DNA from: an uncultured Bacilli bacterium
GTDB lineage: Bacteria > Bacillota_I > Bacilli_A > RF39 > UBA660
Assembly: GCA_947628985.1 (NCBI GenBank)
Contig: CANRCA010000002.1
Location: 1 to 42,119 of the forward strand
DNA: 42,119 nt
Direction: 5' to 3'
The translations under genes and the position numbers were made by a program. The notes beneath the pieces are model-generated. The model saw nothing but the letters and a program-made list of their open reading frames with translations. It was not told the origin of the DNA and made no database searches. Positions 9,515-17,991 of the stretch are shown here, in pieces (position 1 is the first letter of the stretch; every line of letters begins with the position of its first letter).

Positions 9515-10486
9515 TTAATTTTTAGTTATTAAAAATTTATATATATCATTTTTATCTTTTGTTCCATTTATAATATCATGTATTAAATTAATAATAGGTA
9601 TTTTAACTTTCTTTTTTCTTACTAATTTATGAATTGATTCTAAAGTATACATACCTTCTACAGTAGTATTTTTTAAATAGTTGTCTATTTCTTTTTTGCT
9701 AGCACCACTACCAATTAAATATCCAAAACTAAAATTTCTAGATATTTCTGAAGTACAAGTCATTAAAATATCACCAAATCCTGCATAAGATAAAATTGTT
9801 TTTTTTCTTCCTCCTAATGCATATATTAATTCTTTTATATCATTTATACTTTCAGTTAAAAATAATGCTCTTGTAGAATCTGTTACTTTCATACCTTCTA
9901 GCATACCAGATGCGATAGCTATAACATTTTTAATACTAGCACATATTTCTACTCCTACTATATCCCTACTTCTTCTAAATCTTACTTTATCATTTTCAAA
10001 AGCATTTCTTACTGTTTCTTCTACTTTATTACTTTTAGTTGCTAAAGTAAGTCCAATAGGAACATCTTTAATAATATCATAAGCAAAAGTAGGTCCAGAT
10101 ATAATAGCATAACTATTTTTACAAATACTAGTAAATACATCATGTAAAAATCTACATGTACCTCTTTGTATACCTTTTGTTGCAATTACAACAGGTACTT
10201 TTTTATCAATAAATTTATTCATTTTTTTAGTAGTTTCTTCAAATGCAAAAGCTGGTACAGATATTATTACTAAATCTGTATCAGTTAAACTTTCTTTTAA
10301 ATCATTTGTTATTACAATTTCTTTTGGTATTTTATATCCTTTTAATTTAGGACTTTTTCTTTTTGAATTTAATTCTTTAGTTTCATTTATATCAAAAGAC
10401 CATACTACTACACTATTTTTATTTTTATTTAATATACTTGCAAGTGCAAAACCATAAGCACCAGCACCTAATATAGTTACTCTCAT
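9515..10486 (-). CDS. gpsA: NAD(P)H-dependent glycerol-3-phosphate dehydrogenase
   Basis: Rossmann N-terminus MRVTILGAGAYGFALA. Also GPTFAYDI, GVEICASIKNVIAIASGM and GFGDILMTCTSEISRNFSFG, which match GpsA family blocks. Confidence 0.85.
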   Translation of the reverse strand: MRVTILGAGAYGFALASILNKNKNSVVVWSFDINETKELNSKRKSPKLKGYKIPKEIVITNDLKESLTDTDLVIISVPAFAFEETTKKMNKFIDKKVPVVIATKGIQRGTCRFLHDVFTSICKNSYAIISGPTFAYDIIKDVPIGLTLATKSNKVEETVRNAFENDKVRFRRSRDIVGVEICASIKNVIAIASGMLEGMKVTDSTRALFLTESINDIKELIYALGGRKKTILSYAGFGDILMTCTSEISRNFSFGYLIGSGASKKEIDNYLKNTTVEGMYTLESIHKLVRKKKVKIPIINLIHDIINGTKDKNDIYKFLITKN

Positions 10487-10503
10487 ATTTCACATCCTAA
10501 AAT

Positions 10504-11565
10504 TTATTTTTTCTTTTTACTTGTACTTCTATCAAATATAATATCAGTTTTTAATATTAAATATAAAACAATAAATACAAGTAATACATAACATACTATT
10601 AACTCTTTACGATCTCCTAATGTATAAAATATTGTTGTTATAGAAAATAATATATTAATTGCATATATCATTAATAAAGTACTCTTTTTATCAAATTTTT
10701 TTAATAATTGATGATGAATATGTTCCCTATCAGCATGATCTATTTTTTGTCCTTTTAATTTTCTTCTTAATATAGCAAATAATGTATCCATAATTGGAAT
10801 TGCTAATATTAAACAAGGAATAATTAATGATGTTAATGTTGTAGTTTTAAATCCTAATAAAAATATTACTGAAATCATTAATCCTAAAAAAGTACTACCA
10901 GCATCTCCTTGATATATTTTAGCAGGTGGAAAATTATGTACTAAATATCCTAAAGTACTACCAAGCATTATTAAACTTAATATAATATCAAGGCCTCCAA
11001 ATTTATTTAAAATAAATCCAATAATTGCTATAGTTAAAAAATATATTGATGAAATACCTGCACAAAGTCCATCTAACCCATCAATTAAATTAATCGCATT
11101 AATTATACCAACAATTATTATAATTGATAAAAGTGATGAAAATATTCCAAAATTTATATTAATACCAAATATAGATGCTTTTGTTAATTTAAGTCCTCCA
11201 TAAAATACAATTATCATAGCTACTATTATTTGTACTAATAATTTATATTTATTTGGCATTGGTGTTTCATTTTTAGTCATATCATCAAATAAGCCCAGTA
11301 ACATAATTAAGAAAGATGATATTAATATAGATAACATTAAATTATTTTGTGGTGCAAAAAGCATATATCCAAGTAAAAATGAAAGAAATATTCCTATACC
11401 ACCTAATAAAGGAACTGGTTTAGTTTGTATTTTTCTTTCATTAGGTTTATCATAAATATTTAAAAATATAGCTACTTTTTTCATTAAATAAACAAATATT
11501 AATGATGCTAAAAAGCATACACTTACTATTAAAAAAATATTATGTCCATTTACAAAAAAATCCAT
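10504..11565 (-). CDS. tagO: Undecaprenyl-phosphate N-acetylhexosamine-1-phosphate transferase (MraY/WecA family, TagO-like)
   Basis: Polytopic membrane protein with FDDM, NAINLIDGLDGLCAG and GDAGSTFLG blocks of the GT4 (MraY/WecA/TagO) family. It sits at the head of the tag cluster. Confidence 0.8.
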   Translation of the reverse strand: MDFFVNGHNIFLIVSVCFLASLIFVYLMKKVAIFLNIYDKPNERKIQTKPVPLLGGIGIFLSFLLGYMLFAPQNNLMLSILISSFLIMLLGLFDDMTKNETPMPNKYKLLVQIIVAMIIVFYGGLKLTKASIFGININFGIFSSLLSIIIIVGIINAINLIDGLDGLCAGISSIYFLTIAIIGFILNKFGGLDIILSLIMLGSTLGYLVHNFPPAKIYQGDAGSTFLGLMISVIFLLGFKTTTLTSLIIPCLILAIPIMDTLFAILRRKLKGQKIDHADREHIHHQLLKKFDKKSTLLMIYAINILFSITTIFYTLGDRKELIVCYVLLVFIVLYLILKTDIIFDRSTSKKKK

Positions 11566-11665
11566 TTTTTACCACGTCCTAGAAATATTATAAAACAAAT
11601 AATTAATTTTTTCTATAAAACTATGTAAAGTATTAATAATTATAATGAAAAAACATATTATCTTT

Positions 11666-11674
11666 GATATAATT
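11666..11674 (+). promoter_or_regulatory. Extended -10 element (TGaTATAAT) upstream of the autolysin gene
   Basis: tgatataat at 11666..11674 is followed by the RBS aaaggag and ATG 11699. The -35 is weak. Confidence 0.35.
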
Positions 11675-11698
11675 ATTAAAGATAGAAAGGAGTATAGA

Positions 11699-13885
11699 AT
11701 GAGAAAAAATATTTTTCTATATATATTATTTACAACTATTTTATTTTGTATTCCTTTATACATTAAAGCTGATTATGATGCAGTTATTAATGGAAGTGAT
11801 GTAAGAATTAGAAGTGGTGCTACTACTAATAGTAAAATTTTATATTCAGTTAATAGTAATACAGCACTAACTGTCGTAGATAAAACTTTATATGAAGGAG
11901 ATGGATGTTCTTCTAAATGGTATAAAGTAATATATAAAAATAAAACTGGTTATGTATGTAGTAAATATATTAAATTTGTTAATAATTCTTTAGATGGAAT
12001 TAATGTAACTGGATGGACTGCAAGAGTAAATGCAAATAATGTTTCTGTTAGAAAAAGTACTTCTACTTCTTCTACTTCATTAGATACTTTAACACTTGGA
12101 GTAAATGTTACTATTTTATCAACAGAAAGTGCAAGTAATGGTTGCTCTTCTGGTAAATGGCATAAAATTCAATATTATGGAAATAAAACTGGTTATATAT
12201 GTTCTTCTTATGTAACATCAAAAAGTGATATAACTAGTAGTGACGCAAGTTATGAAAGTACACTTAGAAGTGCAGGATTTCCTGATAGTTATATTCCATA
12301 TTTAACATATTTACATAATAAATATCCTAATTGGAATTTTGTAGCAAAAAATTTAAATAAAAGTTTTTCAACAGCAGTTAGTTCTGAAGAAGGAAAATGT
12401 TATATGCAAACTACAAATGATAGTTATAGAACTTCTAATAAGCCTGCTGAATCAACTACTTGGTTTAAAGTAAACTCTGCAGTAATAGCATTTTATATGG
12501 ATCCTAGAAACTGGCTTAATGAAGAGCGAATATTTATGTTTGAAAAATTAGATTATGATAGTAATTTTGAAAGTAGTTATCCTAGTTTAGTAAAATCTAT
12601 ATTTGGTAATGGAAAATTATCAGATGACTTATATACAAATGCTATATTTAATGCAGGTAAAACAAATCATATAAATCCTGTTTATATAGCAAGTAGAATT
12701 AGACAAGAAGTTACAGAAAATGGAAATGATTCTACTAATGGAGTTGAATTTAAATTTGGTGATGAAACTTATAGTGGATATTATAACTTCTTCAATATCG
12801 GAGCATTTGAAGATACAATTAATGGTGTTAAATATAATGCAGTACATAGAGGGCTACTATATGCAGCTAAGTTAGTAGATAAAGATGGTAATAGAAGTCT
12901 TTGGAATGATGTACAAGTTGCTATTACTGAAGGAAGTTCATTTTTAGCAAATGGATATGTAACTAAAGGTCAAGGAACTATATATTATCAAAAATTTAAT
13001 GTTAGTCCTGATGCTTATTATGATAGTTATACTCATCAATATATGACTAATATTCAAGCACCTGCTACTGAAGGAAATAAAACATATAGTTCATATAAAA
13101 GTAAATCATTATTAAATGAATCATTTATATTTGAAATTCCAGTATATAATAATATGCCAGAATACACTTCGCTTCCAAATGTAGGAAATTCAAATAATAA
13201 TCTTAAATCATTAGAAGTTGTAGGATACTCTCTTTCTTCAGAATTTGATAGTGATGTATTAACTTATGAAGTATGGATTCCATCTTCAGTAAACAAAGTT
13301 ACAATAAAAGCAAGTACTGAAAATTCAGCATCTACTTTAGAAGGAACTGGAGATTATGAACTTGTAAATGATGATACAGATATAACAATAACAGTAACTG
13401 CTGAAAATGGAACAGTTAAAAAATATATAGTTTCAATTAGAAGAGTAAATGATTCAACAACAGTAGATAATGTAGTAAAAGCAGCTAACTTAAATGTAAA
13501 TGGAAATTATGTATTAAAAATAAAAAATAAAACAACAGTTTCAAGTTTCAAAAGTAGTTTAATATCATCTGGTGCTAAAGAAATAACAATTAAAAATTCA
13601 AAAGGAACTGTACTTAGTGATAAAGATTATGTAGCAACTTCTTCTACTTTAACAATTAGTACTCTTCTTGAAAATAAAACATACACTTTAGTAGTAAATG
13701 GGGACACATCTGGTGATGGTCAAATTACTATTTTAGATTTATTACAAATTCAAAAATATATAAAAGGTTCTGGTAATTTATCAGCCCCTTCTCTTCTAGC
13801 AGGAGATACTTCTAAAGATAATAAAGTTACTATTCTTGATTTACTTCAAGTTCAAAAACATATTAAAGGTGTAAAATCATTATAA
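11699..13885 (+). CDS. Secreted peptidoglycan hydrolase: 2x SH3b, GH73-like N-acetylglucosaminidase, cadherin-like beta-sandwich, dockerin
   Basis: - Start chosen at MRKNIFLYILF (RBS aaaggag).
- Two SH3b-like repeats (...SSKWYKVIYKNKTGYVCSKYI / ...SGKWHKIQYYGNKTGYICSSYV).
- Glucosaminidase blocks INPVYIASRIRQEV, YYNFFNIGA and GQGTIYYQKFNV.
- Cadherin-like segment NNLKSLEVVGYSLSSEFDSDVLTYEV.
- Two C-terminal dockerin EF-hand-like repeats: GDTSGDGQITILDLLQIQKYIKG and GDTSKDNKVTILDLLQVQKHIKG. Confidence 0.8.
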   Translation: MRKNIFLYILFTTILFCIPLYIKADYDAVINGSDVRIRSGATTNSKILYSVNSNTALTVVDKTLYEGDGCSSKWYKVIYKNKTGYVCSKYIKFVNNSLDGINVTGWTARVNANNVSVRKSTSTSSTSLDTLTLGVNVTILSTESASNGCSSGKWHKIQYYGNKTGYICSSYVTSKSDITSSDASYESTLRSAGFPDSYIPYLTYLHNKYPNWNFVAKNLNKSFSTAVSSEEGKCYMQTTNDSYRTSNKPAESTTWFKVNSAVIAFYMDPRNWLNEERIFMFEKLDYDSNFESSYPSLVKSIFGNGKLSDDLYTNAIFNAGKTNHINPVYIASRIRQEVTENGNDSTNGVEFKFGDETYSGYYNFFNIGAFEDTINGVKYNAVHRGLLYAAKLVDKDGNRSLWNDVQVAITEGSSFLANGYVTKGQGTIYYQKFNVSPDAYYDSYTHQYMTNIQAPATEGNKTYSSYKSKSLLNESFIFEIPVYNNMPEYTSLPNVGNSNNNLKSLEVVGYSLSSEFDSDVLTYEVWIPSSVNKVTIKASTENSASTLEGTGDYELVNDDTDITITVTAENGTVKKYIVSIRRVNDSTTVDNVVKAANLNVNGNYVLKIKNKTTVSSFKSSLISSGAKEITIKNSKGTVLSDKDYVATSSTLTISTLLENKTYTLVVNGDTSGDGQITILDLLQIQKYIKGSGNLSAPSLLAGDTSKDNKVTILDLLQVQKHIKGVKSL

Positions 13886-13900
13886 TAAAAGGAGAATGAT

Positions 13901-15370
13901 ATGAAAAAATTATTTAAAAAATTTAACATTTTATTAACTACTCTATTATTTATGTTTATAAGTATTGGTGCTCTTAATGCAGCAAGTGCTTCAATTAGTA
14001 TATCCTCTTCAACAAGTAAGGTTGTAATTGGAAATACATTTACTGTAACAATTAAAATTTCATCATCTGCTGCGCTTGGATCTTGGGAATTTACACCAAG
14101 TTATGATACTAGTAAATTTAAATTAGTATCTGGTGAAACTCCAGTAGTTGATTACTCTAGTAATTCAAGTACTAAATCTAAATCTTATACTTATAAATTT
14201 AAAGCAATAGCTACTGGTAGTGGTAAAATAACAGTTAAAAGTTATGGAGCATATGGATGGGATGAATCAAAATTATCTATGTCTGTTGGTTCTAAACAAA
14301 TAAGTATTATTACACAAGCAGAATTAGAAGCATCTTATTCAAAAAATAATAATTTAAAAAGTTTATCAGTTGATGGACTTAAATTAAATGAAACATTTAA
14401 AAGTGATACTTTAAATTATACAGTTGATGCAGATTCTAATACAACAAATATTAATATAAAAGCAAGTGTAGAAGATTCAAAATCAACTGTTAGTGGTACT
14501 GGTACTCAAAGTGTATATGAAGGTGAAAATAAATTTTTAATAACAGTTACTGCTCAAAATGGTAGTACTAAAACTTATACATTAATTGTTAATGTAGTTG
14601 ACCCTAACCCTATTGAAGTAACAATAGATGATAATAAATATACAGTTGTAAAAAGAGAAAGTATTTTAGAAACACCAGAAAATTTTGAAAAAACAACACT
14701 TACTATTAATGAACAAAATGTACCAGCATTCTATAATGAATTAAATGATTTTATGGTAGTTGGATTAAAAGATAATGAAGGTGAAATAAGTTTTTACTTA
14801 TATAATCAAAATAATAATACATATACTAAATATAATGAAATAAAATTAGATCAATTAAATATATATCCATTAAGTATAGATAAAACATTTGATGAATCAT
14901 ATATTAAATCTACTACAATTATAAATGATGTAACATTTGAATCATTAAAAATGAAAAATAGTGATTACTCAATAATACATGCACAAGATTTATCTACAGG
15001 AAAAGATAACTATTATAAATATGATAGTGAAACAAATACAATGATTAGATTTACTGAAGAAGACACTGAACCTTATAAAAAAGATATAAAAGATTATAAA
15101 GAAATGATTATATTCTTAGGAATAGAAAGTATATTAATAACACTTATATTAATATGTATATTATTCTCAAATTTGAAGAAAAATAAAAAAAGAGATACTA
15201 AAGATGATATAAAAAATGATAAAATAGATTTAACAAACGAAAAAGAAGAAAAAAAGAAAGAAGAAAAAGAAATAGAAGAAGAAAAAACAAATAAAAAAGA
15301 TAAAAAACAAAAAGATAAGAAGAAAGATAGAAAGAAAGTGTCAGTAGATGAAGAAGAAAAAGATAATTAA
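13901..15370 (+). CDS. Membrane-anchored cohesin-like / cadherin-like domain protein with a K/E-rich cytoplasmic tail
   Basis: - Signal peptide.
- Cohesin-like segment VVIGNTFTVTIKISSSAALGSWEFTPSYDTSKFKLVSGE.
- Cadherin-like segment NNLKSLSVDGLKLNETFKSDTLNYTV...YTLIVN.
- C-terminal TM (IIFLGIESILITLILICILF), then a highly charged tail. Confidence 0.6.
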   Translation: MKKLFKKFNILLTTLLFMFISIGALNAASASISISSSTSKVVIGNTFTVTIKISSSAALGSWEFTPSYDTSKFKLVSGETPVVDYSSNSSTKSKSYTYKFKAIATGSGKITVKSYGAYGWDESKLSMSVGSKQISIITQAELEASYSKNNNLKSLSVDGLKLNETFKSDTLNYTVDADSNTTNINIKASVEDSKSTVSGTGTQSVYEGENKFLITVTAQNGSTKTYTLIVNVVDPNPIEVTIDDNKYTVVKRESILETPENFEKTTLTINEQNVPAFYNELNDFMVVGLKDNEGEISFYLYNQNNNTYTKYNEIKLDQLNIYPLSIDKTFDESYIKSTTIINDVTFESLKMKNSDYSIIHAQDLSTGKDNYYKYDSETNTMIRFTEEDTEPYKKDIKDYKEMIIFLGIESILITLILICILFSNLKKNKKRDTKDDIKNDKIDLTNEKEEKKKEEKEIEEEKTNKKDKKQKDKKKDRKKVSVDEEEKDN

Positions 15371-17240
15371 ATTATTACTTAGCCTATTTTTAATAATAAT
15401 TAATTTACTTTCAATAGCTATTTTTAGTTATGTATTAATATTATATAAAGGTGTTGAAACATTTTATAGATTATATGGAATAGTTATATTAGTATATCTA
15501 TTCTTATTTCTTTCTTATTTATTACTTAGAAGTATTAAAAAGAAAAAATTTATTAGTTTTATATTACCAGCATTTATTACAATAATATTAATATTAGTTG
15601 AAGTAACTGGTTCTTATTATTTAAATAAAGTATATAAAACAATTAATAATTATAGTAATACTAATAATACTTACTACTCTTCTCTAGTTACATTTAATAA
15701 AAAATTTAAATCAGAAAAAGATTTAAAAGATAATACTATTGGTATTGTAAATGATACAAATGATATTGAAGGAAATATCTTACCATTAGAAATAATTGAT
15801 GATTTAAAATTAGAAGATAATAATAAAATTGTTAAATATGATTCTACTATGGAATTATTACATGCGCTTAAGAATAATGAAGTTGATGCTGCTTTCTTTA
15901 GTTCAAACTATATTGATATGTTTTATTCAGTAGAAGGTTTTGAAAATATTGAAGAAGAAAGTGTTGAATTATATAAAACATCTAAAAAATATGAATCTAA
16001 AGAAGAAATAGCAAGTACTACAAGTTCATTAAATGAACCATTTACAATGCTTTTTATAGGTGTTGATTCATCAAATGATGGTGTTACTTCTGGTTATAAT
16101 GCAGATGTATTATTACTAGCAACATTTAATCCTAAAACCCTAAGAGCTACTCTTACATCAGTACCAAGAGATATGTATTTAAAAACTGCTTGTTCTAATG
16201 GAAGTTATAGAAGAATAAATACTACTACTTGGGGAAGTTCATCATCATGTGCTGTTGAAACAATTGAAAATTTATTTGATGTTAAAATTGATTATTATGC
16301 AAAAATTAATTTTAAAGGAGTTGTAAAATTAGTTGATTCTGTTGGTGGAATTGATGCTAATGTTCCATATTCATTCTGTGAACAAAATAGTTCTAGAAAA
16401 TGGGGTAAAAATACAGTATATGTAGAAAAAGGATTACAACATTTAAATGGTGAACAAGCCTTAGCCCTAGCAAGAAATAGACATAAACCTAATGATGGAA
16501 GTAAAACTGGTAAAAATATGGCTAAATATTGCCCTACTTGGACTGATGGTAATAGAAATGATTATACAAGAGGAAAAAATCAAATGAAAGTTATTTTAGG
16601 AACAATTAAATCAGCTACTAAATTAACAGATCCTAATAAAGCAATAGATATATTAGAAACTATAAGTTCTAACTTCCAAACTAATGTTAAAACTAAAGAT
16701 GTATTACCACTTTATAACTTACTTAAATCAATAGTTATTTCTGATAGTACTAATTTAATAAATGTACAAAGACTTCAATTAAATGGTTATGATGTTTGGG
16801 GAAAAGTATATGAACCATCATCTAAAAGTTATCCTGCTGTTACAATTCCTTATAAAGGAAGTATTAATGATATAAAAGAAGAAATAAATATTAACTTAGG
16901 AAATAAGAAAATAGAACCAATTAAAACAATATCTTTTGATTTAAATAAACCATATGAAGATACAGTAATTGGACAATCTAAATATAATGAATCTAGAATA
17001 GCTACATTAAAAGATGTATCATCATATAGTGTATCAAATATAAAATCATATGCTTCATCTAATGGATTAAATTTAAAATTTATAGATGTAGATACTAATC
17101 AAGAAGTATCAATTAATGATTACACAGACTATTCATTCTATAGTCAAAAAGAACATAAAGATATTATATTAGATCAATTAAGTTCACTTACAATTTATGT
17201 TAAAAAGAAAACTATTACAACTGAAGAACCAACATTATAA
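15348..17240 (+). CDS. LytR-CpsA-Psr (LCP) family cell wall polymer ligase
   Basis: N-terminal TM segments. LCP core FTMLFIGVDSS...YNADVLLLATFNPKTLRATLTSVPRDMYL...INFKGVVKLVDSVGGIDANV...LNGEQALALARNRH. It overlaps the upstream gene by 23 nt. Confidence 0.85.
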   Translation: MKKKKIIKLLLSLFLIIINLLSIAIFSYVLILYKGVETFYRLYGIVILVYLFLFLSYLLLRSIKKKKFISFILPAFITIILILVEVTGSYYLNKVYKTINNYSNTNNTYYSSLVTFNKKFKSEKDLKDNTIGIVNDTNDIEGNILPLEIIDDLKLEDNNKIVKYDSTMELLHALKNNEVDAAFFSSNYIDMFYSVEGFENIEEESVELYKTSKKYESKEEIASTTSSLNEPFTMLFIGVDSSNDGVTSGYNADVLLLATFNPKTLRATLTSVPRDMYLKTACSNGSYRRINTTTWGSSSSCAVETIENLFDVKIDYYAKINFKGVVKLVDSVGGIDANVPYSFCEQNSSRKWGKNTVYVEKGLQHLNGEQALALARNRHKPNDGSKTGKNMAKYCPTWTDGNRNDYTRGKNQMKVILGTIKSATKLTDPNKAIDILETISSNFQTNVKTKDVLPLYNLLKSIVISDSTNLINVQRLQLNGYDVWGKVYEPSSKSYPAVTIPYKGSINDIKEEININLGNKKIEPIKTISFDLNKPYEDTVIGQSKYNESRIATLKDVSSYSVSNIKSYASSNGLNLKFIDVDTNQEVSINDYTDYSFYSQKEHKDIILDQLSSLTIYVKKKTITTEEPTL

Positions 17241-17258
17241 CAACATTATTTATATAAT

Positions 17259-17296
17259 AAATCCTTTCTATATTCCCATAGAAAGGATTTATCTTT
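17259..17296. terminator. Bidirectional terminator hairpin between convergent genes
   Basis: aatcctttcta-tattccca-tagaaaggatt gives an 11-bp stem. It is flanked by A/T runs and sits between the LCP stop (17240) and the 204-aa gene stop (17377). Confidence 0.6.
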
Positions 17297-17376
17297 ACAC
17301 AAAGTTTTTTACACTTTCAAAAAATGCACCGTATTTTCAAAATATTGTTCATTTTTAAAATATCAAAAAAGAGCGA

Positions 17377-17991
17377 CTACTCACCCTTCACTATATATAA
17401 GATTTCATTATCATTTATAATAGTTAATTTTATATTATTTTGATAACCCATATCTTTTTCATATTCATAACTTAATGTAACAATATAAGCATCATATTCT
17501 TTTTCATTATAAGTATATTTAGTATCAAGAATATTATCTACATTTACATTACTTACTTTTGGTAATTCTTGATTTCTTTTTCCATCAAGATTACTTTCTA
17601 CATTTTTATATAATGTTGCTCCCATATTTTCACTAAAATTTTCTTTAATATCTTTATGTAAAAATTCAAGACCACCTATATCAGTACTAGCAAGTTTATT
17701 ATCAAGAGTAAATACATCAATTACAAATAGTTTAGAGATTAATTTAGCATATTCTTCATAATTTATAGGTTTCTCATTTAAAACACTCTCTAACTCTTTA
17801 AAATTATCCTTATATAAAGTACTATCATTTTCACTTAAAGTATAACCATATAAATCTAATGACATTAACTTTTTATTCACAGAAGTATTTTTAATAAAAT
17901 CATTATATACTTTATAACCTAAAAATCCAAATAATAATATTCCAATAATAACAAAAACTATAATTATTTTTTTACTTTCCTTTTTTTTCAT
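17377..17991 (-). CDS. Membrane-anchored extracytoplasmic protein of unknown function, translationally coupled to the LtaS-like gene
   Basis: 204 aa with a single N-terminal TM (IIIVFVIIGILLFGFLGY) and an ATGA overlap with the upstream gene. I recognise no motif. Confidence 0.5.
   Translation of the reverse strand: MKKKESKKIIIVFVIIGILLFGFLGYKVYNDFIKNTSVNKKLMSLDLYGYTLSENDSTLYKDNFKELESVLNEKPINYEEYAKLISKLFVIDVFTLDNKLASTDIGGLEFLHKDIKENFSENMGATLYKNVESNLDGKRNQELPKVSNVNVDNILDTKYTYNEKEYDAYIVTLSYEYEKDMGYQNNIKLTIINDNEILYIVKGE

Noticed and set aside
11645-11698. Upstream ATG (MKKHIIFDIIIKDRKEYR) as the start of the autolysin
   Set aside because: It has no RBS and would place 18 charged residues before the signal peptide. 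The ATG at 11699 follows aaaggag and gives a normal signal peptide.
11569-11763. 64-aa - strand ORF in the tagO/autolysin divergent region
   Set aside because: It is low-complexity and hydrophobic, lacks an RBS, and overlaps the promoter and start of the + strand autolysin gene. It is typical AT-rich spurious ORF noise.
12629-12847. 72-aa antisense ORF inside the autolysin gene
   Set aside because: It lies antisense within a well-supported CDS and has a low-complexity I/F/N composition.
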